A stretch of 28,741 bases of DNA from positions 1 to 28,741 of IMG/VR virus record IMGVR_UViG_3300032320_000884. One strand, written 5' to 3'. This document shows, in pieces, positions 6,563 through 15,659 of the stretch; within the stretch, counting starts at the first letter, position 1, and the number at the start of each line of letters is the position of its first letter. Position numbers and translations under genes: made by a program. The notes under the pieces were generated by a model. That model was not told where the DNA came from. It saw only the letters and a program-made list of their open reading frames with translations, and did not search any database. Source of the stretch: a virus (Duplodnaviria; Caudoviricetes).

Positions 6563-9500
6563 TTAGCTCTCAAACATTTTCTTTAGTTCTGTTTCAGAGA
6601 ACTCGTTGTCATTAACCTGGAATCCACGGAACTGACGTCCTAGCTTTTCAGGCGCTGCTGTCAAGTCTTGCTCTTCCAAACCTGCTTCCGCATCTCCTCT
6701 TGAGTTTTTACGAAGAAGACCTCTAACATCAAGTTCAGGAACTACTGGAGTTTGCTTAGATGTTTCTTCCAGTAAGTCTGCTGGTAGCAAATCAGCTGCA
6801 CTCAACTTACCCTTACGGGCTTTCTTTTTTGCCTTTTTACGTGGTGGAATAGCTACGCGACCAATACCTGGAACAACCGCTGATTTTCCTGTTGCAGACA
6901 CTAGTGGCTTGCTTCCCTTGTTTCCAAGTGAAAGAAGACCACGAACGTTGCTAGGACTAGTAACCATTGGAAGAAGGTCCTCTGGAACTCCGTAACTTCT
7001 TCCTTGAGCTTTAGCGGCTTCATTTTCAGCGTTTGCCTGCTCAAGTCTTGCTTGGTCTTCAGCTTTTAGGGATTCTCCTACGCTTTGTCCTACTCCAGCA
7101 AAACTTTCTCTGGTAGCGGTGCCTCTAACAGCTGCTCTACGAACCTTCTTTTCTTGAGCATAAAACTCTTCTTCTGAGTTAGGTACTTTAAAAGTAGGTC
7201 CGTATGCATACTGGTTAAGAGCAGCGTCAGCAAATACTGCTCCACGCTTTCTTGCCTTCTTGTAGTCTAGTGGTCTACCATTTTTATCTGTTAGCTGAAC
7301 TACGTTAGGTTCATTAGGATTTGGGTTAATGCCAGATGTTGTCATGAATCTTCTGAACATACGGTTACGGTCAGATAGTTCTGGGTTTGGAAGGACTGGG
7401 TAAGGAAGTTCTTCTCTAGATGGTAGGGCTTCTTCTGGCTTTACAGCAGCTTGAATGCCTGTGTTTTCTGCAACTTCTCCTGCACGTCCCCTAATTGCTC
7501 CAGCGCTAACTAATGCTTCCTTAAGTGCTTGGGCACTCCTATCAGCTAATCCAGTGTGGTGGTTAACTAGGCCACTCTTTAGGTTTGAAATCTTGTCTTG
7601 GGCTGATTTTGAATCCTGATTGGTAGAAATAAATTCTTGGTCAGCTCTTGCCAGTGCACTTTTACCAACATAGTTTTTGTTTTTTACGCCATTTTGCTCT
7701 GCTTCAATAAGGTCTGCTTTTGCTTGACGGTGTTCTGCAAACAACGCTTCTTTTTCACTTACTAATCTAGCGTGCAAGTTCTGGTCGATGATTTCTTTTC
7801 TGGTGTTTCCGTTGCTATCAGTAACTGTTCTTTGGTTTCTTTGCATTGCAGCAGTATTTGCTGCAATTGCTTCATCGTTTTTACCTTCACGAACAAACGT
7901 ATTACCAGAACTGTCTGTATCAATAACAGGCTTTTGATAATATGGGTGGGAAGCACTAGACTCTTTTGACTTAGTAATCTCAGTTACAGCGTCTCCTGGG
8001 TTGGCAGCTACTCCCATTGCTGAACGTTCTACAGTTTGGGTAGGGATAGTGCTGTCACTAAGTGTTCTATCTGCGTAATCGCTAGAGGTCATTAGAGAAC
8101 TTGCAGAAACTCCAGGATTTGGTCCACCAATATTGCCATAAAGGTGTGAACGCGTACCGACTTCACCAATTTGTTCTGCTTCTGTAGGTAAGCGAAGTAC
8201 GCTTGTTGATGAGCCTTCTTTTACAATTGCTCCACGTGAAGGGTCGGCGTTTAGCTTTGCTAGGTTAGTGTGGTGGTTAATAGAATCGACATGTCCCTGT
8301 AGTGCAGCTGCTGTAGCTGTATCTCCTGATGCATTTGCTTTATCAATAGCGTCTTTTGCTCTAGCAATTAGACTATCTGTTGGCAAATCAGTAGTTTTTT
8401 CATATGAAACGTTTCTTGCCGAAAGGTCTTGTGCAACCTTACCAGCAACAGGCATATCTGAGAACACAGGAGTAACAGGCATCTGTTGTCTAAGAGTTCT
8501 TACCTTAGCTGCTTCATAGTCATTAGCACCACGGATTTCAGCGTTACGCTTTAGGGTAGGTGTTACAAACTCTTCATTTGCTTTTTGAGCAGCTTCGTTA
8601 GCACTTAGTTTTGCACCAAAGATTCTGTGGAAAGCATTCCAGGCGATTTTACGCTGGATGGTTGCGTGAACTTTTTTAGCAGCTGCTAGTACTTGTCCAG
8701 ATTTACTTCTTCTATCAAACATAGATTTAATATCAGCAGCTCTTGATGCTCCAAGTTCTGGGTCGCCAGCAGCAGATAAGAAATCAGGAGTGTTTACTCT
8801 CTTTATTTCATCACTTGTAGCAGTTGCTAGTGCGGTACCTTCTGGGGCAGTTCTATCTGGGTTATTTAGCTTGTGTCCAACGTCAATAGTGTTAGCGTAG
8901 GTAAACTTTGCGTCATCAAGTTGTTTTTGAATAGCACCGTCAGCGTCGAAAGTTTCAGGAGCAACAAGACGTTTGTTTACCTTTGCTGCTGCTTGTCCTT
9001 GAACGCTAATAGTTGTCAGGTGAGCGGCTGCCTGCTTTAATAGGTCAGCTGCACGGGCTGTAAAACCGATAGAACCTTTAGGCATAGTTGGTGGAATAGA
9101 GATTAGGTTTTTGAACTCTGCCCCTCCTCTTGCCATCTTTTGAATCTGGCTCAGACCGACACCGTCTGTATACTTATTAGTCATATTTGGGTGGGCGTCT
9201 AAGTAGTCTACACCGTAGTGACTTCTCATGTGCTCGATTGCTGCCTGAGCAATGTGGTGGTCTGCTAAATCTAGGATTGAGTGGATTCGGTCATACATAG
9301 GACTAGCTTTGCCATCTTCGGTAATAGGTACCTGACGGCGTAGTTCTTCAACCTTATTTCCAAGGTCAGCGCTAATATTAGTAAGGTCTGCGTGGCCAAT
9401 CAGAGCCTGGTCCCTGAAACTGATTTTTTTCTTTGGATTTAAAAATCCTTTTCTAGCCATTTCTTGGGCTGCAGTGCTAAATCTTCGTGACTTACTTTCC

Positions 9501-9769
9501 TCAACAAAAGGGTCAGCAGGCATCTTTTCGCGCTTTTCTCGAAGAGCAGTACTTTCTCCAGTACCAACTTCTGCAGAGGATAGTTGTTCATCAGGAATAG
9601 CTGCTGGAGTTGCTTCAGTCGCTTCAGTCTTGCCCCATAGTGCGCTAAAGTCAGGAGTTGCAGGAAGGGTAATATCCTTTTTAGGTGCGGATTCAGCTGC
9701 AGGGGCTGATTGTGCAACACTCTCGGATGCTGCTGCAGGATTACCACCAATACTTCTTTTACCAGCCAT
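6563..9769 (-). CDS. Large Ala-rich hypothetical protein (possible internal virion/ejection protein)
   Basis: 1068 aa uninterrupted ORF, TAATG-coupled, no Cys, disordered acidic N-terminus, basic patch PRKKAKKKARKGK near the C-terminus. Function is inference only. Confidence 0.8.
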   Translation of the reverse strand: MAGKRSIGGNPAAASESVAQSAPAAESAPKKDITLPATPDFSALWGKTEATEATPAAIPDEQLSSAEVGTGESTALREKREKMPADPFVEESKSRRFSTAAQEMARKGFLNPKKKISFRDQALIGHADLTNISADLGNKVEELRRQVPITEDGKASPMYDRIHSILDLADHHIAQAAIEHMRSHYGVDYLDAHPNMTNKYTDGVGLSQIQKMARGGAEFKNLISIPPTMPKGSIGFTARAADLLKQAAAHLTTISVQGQAAAKVNKRLVAPETFDADGAIQKQLDDAKFTYANTIDVGHKLNNPDRTAPEGTALATATSDEIKRVNTPDFLSAAGDPELGASRAADIKSMFDRRSKSGQVLAAAKKVHATIQRKIAWNAFHRIFGAKLSANEAAQKANEEFVTPTLKRNAEIRGANDYEAAKVRTLRQQMPVTPVFSDMPVAGKVAQDLSARNVSYEKTTDLPTDSLIARAKDAIDKANASGDTATAAALQGHVDSINHHTNLAKLNADPSRGAIVKEGSSTSVLRLPTEAEQIGEVGTRSHLYGNIGGPNPGVSASSLMTSSDYADRTLSDSTIPTQTVERSAMGVAANPGDAVTEITKSKESSASHPYYQKPVIDTDSSGNTFVREGKNDEAIAANTAAMQRNQRTVTDSNGNTRKEIIDQNLHARLVSEKEALFAEHRQAKADLIEAEQNGVKNKNYVGKSALARADQEFISTNQDSKSAQDKISNLKSGLVNHHTGLADRSAQALKEALVSAGAIRGRAGEVAENTGIQAAVKPEEALPSREELPYPVLPNPELSDRNRMFRRFMTTSGINPNPNEPNVVQLTDKNGRPLDYKKARKRGAVFADAALNQYAYGPTFKVPNSEEEFYAQEKKVRRAAVRGTATRESFAGVGQSVGESLKAEDQARLEQANAENEAAKAQGRSYGVPEDLLPMVTSPSNVRGLLSLGNKGSKPLVSATGKSAVVPGIGRVAIPPRKKAKKKARKGKLSAADLLPADLLEETSKQTPVVPELDVRGLLRKNSRGDAEAGLEEQDLTAAPEKLGRQFRGFQVNDNEFSETELKKMFES

Positions 9770-9957
9770 TATGCTAGCCTTCCTTTAATACGTTGTTCAT
9801 TGCGTTTATCCAAACACTCTGGACATACGCCTTTTCCATATAAGAATTCTACAGGATTCATCATTGTTTTACATGATGGACAAGGTCTAGACCCATTCTT
9901 GATAATATCATAGGCCTGGAGTTCCATCATTTCGCCGCCGTCGCCATCAGATGACAT
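9769..9957 (-). CDS. Small zinc-finger protein
   Basis: CPSC...CPEC; TAATG overlaps on both sides. Confidence 0.8.
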   Translation of the reverse strand: MSSDGDGGEMMELQAYDIIKNGSRPCPSCKTMMNPVEFLYGKGVCPECLDKRNEQRIKGRLA

Positions 9958-10364
9958 TATTTACCTCTTTTCGGGTTTGATGCAGTGGTTCCTGGAAGTG
10001 TTGGAGCTGTGGTACGTTTTCTAGGAAGTTTAATCGTTTTTGAAGTGTCCCTAGGTGTTCTAGCGTGGGGTTTAGCTTTAGGGTCAGTCATTTTCTCTAG
10101 GTTTGTTTTAGCTTTAGGTTTTTCTTTTTTAGTCGGTGTCTTGGAGACAGGTTCTGGTGTAGATAAAACTGTTTCTGAAACCGGTCTGTGTTCTATTTTT
10201 AATACTTTTATTTGTGTTCCACGGATAGTGTCGCTAGTAAGTGAAGCTTTTTTTAGTTTATTTGCAGCAGTTAATGCAGCAGTGTTACTTGTGTGCTCGC
10301 TATGAATGGTCCAACTTTTAGATGAAGGAGTCTTTATATGAACTTCGTATACGTGAACTGCCAT
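9957..10364 (-). CDS. Hypothetical protein with K/T/P-rich basic tail
   Basis: 135 aa ORF tightly packed with neighbours. Confidence 0.75.
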   Translation of the reverse strand: MAVHVYEVHIKTPSSKSWTIHSEHTSNTAALTAANKLKKASLTSDTIRGTQIKVLKIEHRPVSETVLSTPEPVSKTPTKKEKPKAKTNLEKMTDPKAKPHARTPRDTSKTIKLPRKRTTAPTLPGTTASNPKRGK

Positions 10365-10366
10365 TA

Positions 10367-12046
10367 TTACTCACCAGCAGCTTCGTCTTTAGCTCTCTTC
10401 ATTCCAGCAGGTCCTAGGATATTGCGGTGCTCCATCTTAGGTCTATGTCCTGACCTAAAAGCAGCCACTGCACTGATATGCGCGGTTGCTTTTCTTTCAA
10501 TAGCTGCTTTAATGTCTTCTGATTCTGGGTGAGAGGCAATAAAATTGGTAGTAGGTACAGGAACTTTGTTTCCTGCAATTAGGGATTCAAAAGCAATGCT
10601 GAAGTGGTGCTGGATTAATTTGTCTGATTCCCTCATTGATTCTGCTCCTTGCATTGCAGCTGCTCTAACAGCTCTAGCAATACTTCCTGCGTCTGATGTA
10701 TCTACAAATTTAGCTTGAGGATTTACGGTAGACTTTTTTTGGTTTGCTTCAGAGTATTGACCCATTACAAGTCTGTCTTTTAGCTCATCATTTCTACCGT
10801 CATCTGTTGAAACTAAATCATCTGTTGTAGAAGGTCCAGAATTTCTTAGGTTTTCTTTAAGAATATTAATTTTATTTAGAGAGCGTTTGGCAGCTTTAAA
10901 TCTAGACATTACTGGGTGATTTTTACCGTAAGTCTCTTTAATATAGTCTCTTCCTTCATCAGTTAGAGGAATCTGTTCACGTTCACGGTAATCTTTTGCT
11001 GCATACGGGTTAAACTTTTTAGTCTTGTCTGTAAGACCAAGACCAGGTTTTTCTCCCCAAATATGGCCAGGCTTAGAGAGCTCTCCAGTGTCTGGGTGTT
11101 CGTCTCTAAACTCTGACGGACTTACAGTCTTGTTAGGCTCTTCTAGTTTACCGATTGATTGGGCAACAACTGTAAGCTGTGAAGCCGGAACTGGGGATGA
11201 AATACCTAATGGTTTTAAAAGACTATTAATAGACCTGTTAATCCCCATAACTTCTCTGTGGGCTGCTTTTAAAGCTGGGTGATTTACTGAAGGGGCATCT
11301 GAAGCAAAAGTTGTTCCGCCCCTCTTTAGCTTCCAAAGGTTAGCTCGTGCTTGAACTATCTTATTTGCAATTTTTAATTGGTAGTCTCTGTTTTTTTCTA
11401 GTGTTCCTCCACCATTCATGATTGCTTCTTTTGCATCACGAAGTTGGTGAATATTAGAAATATTATCTGGCATACCTACAAAGGTACGGAGTTTAGACGC
11501 CATGTCACGTTGCTTTTGGGCTTCAGGGTGGCCAGCTTGAATTTTTTCAATTGATTTAGCGGCAGCGTCGTGAAGCTCTGCTTTATTAAGAATAGTTTCA
11601 GGAAGTTTATCCAGGAAACTTTTAATTGAATCGTGAGTTTGAACAATGTGGTCATAAGACTCATTTGCATCTAGGGCAATAGGTTCTTTCTCGCCCTTTT
11701 TGACTTCCCTGTTAGCGGCATCCCATTCTTCGTCTTTGGTTATTTGATTTAGTCTGGCGTCACTTAGGACTTCTTTAACTCTGTTTTCAATGTCTTCATT
11801 TTTAACTGCAGAGCGGTCAACGACCATTCGGTTACCGCTACGAATCTTTCGGGTACCTTGCATAGTTCCACTACCGGTTGCGCTAGCGGTGTAAGACTCA
11901 CCTTCAGGAATTGTGGCAGAGACAGTCTCTTCACTAGGCATCTGGGCCTCTGTGGTCTCTGACTTTGGTAACTCTATGTCGGGAATGCCAAACTCAAGCT
12001 TTAGTTTTGACTTAAGTCTTTTTCCTCGGTATGGACGGTTAGCCAT
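10367..12046 (-). CDS. Large hypothetical protein (possible internal virion protein)
   Basis: 559 aa, GGAG RBS and TAATG coupling, no Cys, charged and helical. Confidence 0.8.
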   Translation of the reverse strand: MANRPYRGKRLKSKLKLEFGIPDIELPKSETTEAQMPSEETVSATIPEGESYTASATGSGTMQGTRKIRSGNRMVVDRSAVKNEDIENRVKEVLSDARLNQITKDEEWDAANREVKKGEKEPIALDANESYDHIVQTHDSIKSFLDKLPETILNKAELHDAAAKSIEKIQAGHPEAQKQRDMASKLRTFVGMPDNISNIHQLRDAKEAIMNGGGTLEKNRDYQLKIANKIVQARANLWKLKRGGTTFASDAPSVNHPALKAAHREVMGINRSINSLLKPLGISSPVPASQLTVVAQSIGKLEEPNKTVSPSEFRDEHPDTGELSKPGHIWGEKPGLGLTDKTKKFNPYAAKDYREREQIPLTDEGRDYIKETYGKNHPVMSRFKAAKRSLNKINILKENLRNSGPSTTDDLVSTDDGRNDELKDRLVMGQYSEANQKKSTVNPQAKFVDTSDAGSIARAVRAAAMQGAESMRESDKLIQHHFSIAFESLIAGNKVPVPTTNFIASHPESEDIKAAIERKATAHISAVAAFRSGHRPKMEHRNILGPAGMKRAKDEAAGE

Positions 12047-12426
12047 TAATTAGCTCCTAAATCGTTTCTACTGCTACCAGAGTATCCTGCTGGTGAACCG
12101 GAATACCACGAGACTCTTGGGTCCGTGTACACGCGGTCTACTGAAACCACATCTTCAATACTTGGTTGTAGACGTGGATTACCATAGCCAAAAAGCTCTG
12201 GAAACAGCCGGATTTGCGGGAGAGGTGGGCGAACTAGTTGCTGAAGCTGTGCTCCAGGCAACGTTGCTGCCAACAACGCCTGCTGTGTAAGGCGCTCCAT
12301 ATTAGAGGCCCATGGTCCATTATAAGACCATTTAGGGGTCCCAGAGTTGCCATACGCAGAATATCCTGAATCGCCTGGTCCTGCCCAAGGTTTTGTATAA
12401 TCGTAGTTACCATCAAATTGGGACAT
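12046..12426 (-). CDS. G/S/Y/P-rich hypothetical protein
   Basis: Start corrected to ATG 12426 (MSQFDGNY, TAATG overlap); 126 aa. Confidence 0.75.
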   Translation of the reverse strand: MSQFDGNYDYTKPWAGPGDSGYSAYGNSGTPKWSYNGPWASNMERLTQQALLAATLPGAQLQQLVRPPLPQIRLFPELFGYGNPRLQPSIEDVVSVDRVYTDPRVSWYSGSPAGYSGSSRNDLGAN

Positions 12427-12938
12427 TATCGCCACGCTGGTTTCAGATAGTTAAGTGCGTTTGCACGTTGTGCATCAAATGCAGTTGGTTGGTCAGCAAC
12501 AGTATTAGCCTTACCATCGTTAACTAGATGAGGTGCTGGCATAAGTTGCATTTGTGGAGAGAATCGTGGAACTAGTCCGCCTTTTTGTCCACGCATCTGA
12601 CGTTTGATGCCCATCATGTCGTTAAACTCTGGTGACCAGAAATATGCTGAACCCTCAATACGTTCACCTTTGTGAACACCGCGCTGATAAGACTTTTGTC
12701 CTACACGATTCTTGATTGAATCAAGTAGTCGGTCATCACGACGGCTGCGAATTGTACCTAGATAACCATCTGGGTATTCTGCTGAGGGAACACGGCCTGT
12801 ACCAATACGAATAGCATCAAGCTCACCACGGGCAACAGGTCCTCCATAACCGCCCTGGTTGTTATAACCACTAAACCCATTACCACCAATAGACTGCCAA
12901 TTTTGGTTAGCACTAAAGTTATTGACTACACCAGCCAT
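12426..12938 (-). CDS. Hypothetical protein, G/N/Q-rich N-terminus and Arg-rich core
   Basis: 170 aa, TAATG-coupled on both sides. Confidence 0.8.
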   Translation of the reverse strand: MAGVVNNFSANQNWQSIGGNGFSGYNNQGGYGGPVARGELDAIRIGTGRVPSAEYPDGYLGTIRSRRDDRLLDSIKNRVGQKSYQRGVHKGERIEGSAYFWSPEFNDMMGIKRQMRGQKGGLVPRFSPQMQLMPAPHLVNDGKANTVADQPTAFDAQRANALNYLKPAWR

Positions 12939-13231
12939 TATTCACCCCTATTAAGAGCAAAGTTAGAGCCAGGGTCTGAATGAGGTAGCTCTGGTGTAGT
13001 GTCATCATCTTGAGTAAAGAACGTTCCCTGTCCACCAATTGGGTTTTCCCAGTTACCCATAAGCGCAGCTTTACGACCTAAGTTACCCTTATAGCCAGGG
13101 TATACTCTAGGAGATGTGACTGGTCTTACGTTAGATTGGGCTAAGGAATTGTTATCATTTCCTATACCATAATCGGTAGATAGGGAAAAACCGGAGTTTC
13201 CTGAACCCATTAGGTCAGATGGACTTGACAA
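12938..13231 (-). CDS. Low-complexity hypothetical protein
   Basis: TTG start after AGGAG; stop overlaps the next ATG. Confidence 0.7.
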   Translation of the reverse strand: MSSPSDLMGSGNSGFSLSTDYGIGNDNNSLAQSNVRPVTSPRVYPGYKGNLGRKAALMGNWENPIGGQGTFFTQDDDTTPELPHSDPGSNFALNRGE

Positions 13232-13240
13232 GGTTAGCTC

Positions 13241-13690
13241 CTAGTAGCTAGATGCGCCCTGGATACCTGATTCAAAGTTAGCGTTTTCACGACCTGAAAT
13301 TGACGGAACAACGCGAGCTGACTGCATTGTAGGACCAGCCGCTGGGTCAATAGTAGGAGTAGAAGGAACGCTAACTCGGTATGAAGCACCAAGCTTTTCA
13401 TTGTAAAGAACATTGGTCTTGTTAACCTTTGTTCCCATACCGGTTGGGTCACCAGCCTGTATGTTCTTCTTAGGAACCTGGGTGCCAACAAGGGCTGGGT
13501 CTGCGCTTACAGCGTAAGCATCCATTCCCATAGTTGCTCGTGGGCTTCCCATAGCTGCAGCGTCTGCCATAGCTTCATCGTGAGTTTGGTGGTTGCGAGT
13601 CATGCTTTTTCCTGCCGCTTCTGTATAGCTTGATTTGGTATTTCCGCCACGACGTCTCTGGCCGTGACCTACACTGTAATTGGTTGCCAT
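13241..13690 (-). CDS. Low-complexity G/S/T/A-rich hypothetical protein
   Basis: Start corrected to ATG 13690 (MATNYSVG) after AAGGAG; 149 aa. Confidence 0.8.
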   Translation of the reverse strand: MATNYSVGHGQRRRGGNTKSSYTEAAGKSMTRNHQTHDEAMADAAAMGSPRATMGMDAYAVSADPALVGTQVPKKNIQAGDPTGMGTKVNKTNVLYNEKLGASYRVSVPSTPTIDPAAGPTMQSARVVPSISGRENANFESGIQGASSY

Positions 13691-13727
13691 TATGGCTCCT
13701 TTATCTCTATATAAGAGTAAACCTTTT

Positions 13728-14021
13728 TTATGCTGCAGTAATGGCAAACACAATTGCACTTATCTCGCCATCGCGAGATTCAATTGTGGTAAAACCAGGT
13801 CTGCAACTTAGTACCATGCCGCGTGGGGCTACATAACCGCTAGCAATAGCGATAGCCTTAACAGCTTGGTTTACCGCTCCTGCACCTACGGCGCGTAGCT
13901 GAACGGCTCGCTTTTCGTAGATGGCATGTGCGATTGCCGATGCAACAGATTGTGGATTAGACCCAGCAGAAACACGAAGAAACGGTTCTTCGGTCGATGG
14001 GATGACGACTTCTTCACTCAT
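13728..14021 (-). CDS. spoVS: SpoVS family (Alba-like fold) protein
   Basis: LRVSAGSNPQSVASAIA...LRAVGAGAVNQAVKAIAIASGYVAPRG...CRPGF closely follows Bacillus SpoVS (LKVSAKSNPNSVAGALA...AIGAGALNQAVKAVAIARGFVAPSG). Start at 14021 after AAAGGA. Confidence 0.93.
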   Translation of the reverse strand: MSEEVVIPSTEEPFLRVSAGSNPQSVASAIAHAIYEKRAVQLRAVGAGAVNQAVKAIAIASGYVAPRGMVLSCRPGFTTIESRDGEISAIVFAITAA

Positions 14022-14077
14022 TTGTAGTCCTTTAATATACGAGTTATGTGCCATCCTCTTATTAAAGAATACAGGGT

Positions 14078-14650
14078 TTATTCTATAAAATCCCTATATT
14101 TAGGGTCTTTTATTTTTTCTTGAGTTTCACGCTCAATAGCATCAATTGCTGACCCAGAGGCCAGTCTAGCTAGAGCATACGCATCTGCGGCGTTATCATC
14201 GTTAAATTCTACGCCCCAACGCTTGTACATTTGTAAGAGCATTTCCTGCTTTTTAGCAGTGCCTTTACCTGTGGCGTACTTCTTTAAAGTCATTGGGGGA
14301 ATTTGAAGGGGAGGTTCAGGCAGCCTATACCAAAGGACTAGCTTAACGATAGCGGCTAGTTCGCCAAGAGCTAGAGCAGAATGAGAGGCCAAAACAGTGC
14401 CCTCCATAGCGGAATCTTTAATAGTCCAGCCATAATACTGAAACTCGAATATTTTGGAATCGAGCCAGTTATAGATATCCACAAGGCGTTGAATACCTCG
14501 AAACTCGGATTTATAAACCCAAGTCATATGAAGATTAGGGAACTCAACAGAAACCACTGACAGAGCAAACCCCGTTAATGATTGGTCAATACCTATAGTT
14601 ACTTCTTGGCTGCCTTCTTTGAGGCCTCCATCGAATTCCTTAATCTTCAT
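14078..14650 (-). CDS. ruvC: RuvC-like Holliday junction resolvase
   Basis: IGIDQSLTGFA, AMEG, PxTLKKYATGKGTAKK, DDNAADAYALA. Confidence 0.92.
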   Translation of the reverse strand: MKIKEFDGGLKEGSQEVTIGIDQSLTGFALSVVSVEFPNLHMTWVYKSEFRGIQRLVDIYNWLDSKIFEFQYYGWTIKDSAMEGTVLASHSALALGELAAIVKLVLWYRLPEPPLQIPPMTLKKYATGKGTAKKQEMLLQMYKRWGVEFNDDNAADAYALARLASGSAIDAIERETQEKIKDPKYRDFIE

Positions 14651-14657
14651 TGTATAC

Positions 14658-15089
14658 CTAGTCCGTAGACTTCCACATCTTCAAATACTTCATTAGGCCT
14701 TTCATAGAAACAAGTAGTCCTAAGCTAGCCGCAGAATGTGCATTAGAAACAGGCTGTGAGCTCTTTGGAGGCTCTACAATCTCAATATAGTTGCGGAGTG
14801 CCTCTGTCTTAATTAATAGCACTGCATTACCATCAGGAGATGCCTGTGCCCACCATTTAGACTGTGTACCATTGATGCCTGAAGGTACTGCGTTTTCTAC
14901 GTCGCCATTACGGTACTTGTGTGTCTCTACATAGATGTTCCCAGTAATGTTGGTCTTGTAGTCAGTCTTGACTTCAATAGTTACATTGGGGTCTTTACTA
15001 TCTTCAAATAGTAAGTCTAGTAGCTGTTCGCCTACTTCACCACGCTCCATGTCACGGTCAAAACGTGGTTCAAATCCAACTGCCTTCAT
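14658..15089 (-). CDS. PD-(D/E)xK-family putative nuclease
   Basis: FDRDMERGEVGE...IEVKTD...TGNIYVE...PSGI. Start corrected to ATG 15089 (ATGA overlap). Confidence 0.7.
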   Translation of the reverse strand: MKAVGFEPRFDRDMERGEVGEQLLDLLFEDSKDPNVTIEVKTDYKTNITGNIYVETHKYRNGDVENAVPSGINGTQSKWWAQASPDGNAVLLIKTEALRNYIEIVEPPKSSQPVSNAHSAASLGLLVSMKGLMKYLKMWKSTD

Positions 15090-15154
15090 TTCCAAATCCT
15101 ATCTATAAGTACAATAACTGCTATACCAATTACAAAGAGTATTACGACACTCAT
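15086..15154 (-). CDS. 22 aa single-pass membrane peptide
   Basis: MSVVILFVIGIAVIVLIDRIWK; ATGA overlaps at both ends and AAAGGAAAG upstream. Confidence 0.6.
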   Translation of the reverse strand: MSVVILFVIGIAVIVLIDRIWK

Positions 15155-15264
15155 TCATTCTTTCCTTTTATAATTTTTGCTATTTCTTCAGCCCAGTCCG
15201 GACTAGTTCCACGAGCAATTATTCCAAGCATTTGTATTAAACGTTCTGCTTGAGCTTCGGTCAT
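15151..15264 (-). CDS. 37 aa hypothetical protein
   Basis: MTEAQAERLIQMLGIIARGTSPDWAEEIAKIIKGKNE; TAATG overlap upstream, ATGA downstream. Confidence 0.65.
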   Translation of the reverse strand: MTEAQAERLIQMLGIIARGTSPDWAEEIAKIIKGKNE

Positions 15265-15659
15265 TACTCGTTTGGCCATTCTCCGTCAAGAACTAGCATA
15301 GCAATAATTGCATAGTTAGCCATATCTAGGAATGAATCACGTAGACTTTCATTTTCAGGCTTAGCTTTATTGTCAATTAAATGATTGATACGAGCAAACT
15401 TATCCCACATACGAACACGTAAACCATTCAAAGGACCGCCAGGGCTGTGTGCGATGTTCTTTGGTCCATAATCTTTGTGCTTACTTAGAAGCACGTGCTT
15501 TGCATGTTGAAACTTCTGTTGAACAGCTTCTTCAAACTTTGTGTTTAAACCGCTTTTACGAATCTCTTCTTTCATAAATTCTGGAAGGTCTTCAAATTTT
15601 GACATATCATTTTCTTTCTCGGTATGTAGTTCTGTGTACAACTCTTTCATTTGTCCCAT
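15264..15659 (-). CDS. Nucleotide modification associated domain 1 (Nmad1/DUF1599), all-alpha NTP pyrophosphatase-like
   Basis: KHKDYGPKNI...RMWDKFARINHL...ESLRDSFLDMANYAII. Confidence 0.85.
   Translation of the reverse strand: MGQMKELYTELHTEKENDMSKFEDLPEFMKEEIRKSGLNTKFEEAVQQKFQHAKHVLLSKHKDYGPKNIAHSPGGPLNGLRVRMWDKFARINHLIDNKAKPENESLRDSFLDMANYAIIAMLVLDGEWPNE

Noticed and set aside
6563-9769. 1068 aa ORF as tape measure protein
   Set aside because: No adjacent tail or chaperone genes, no periodic aromatic repeats or hydrophobic segments, and many prolines.
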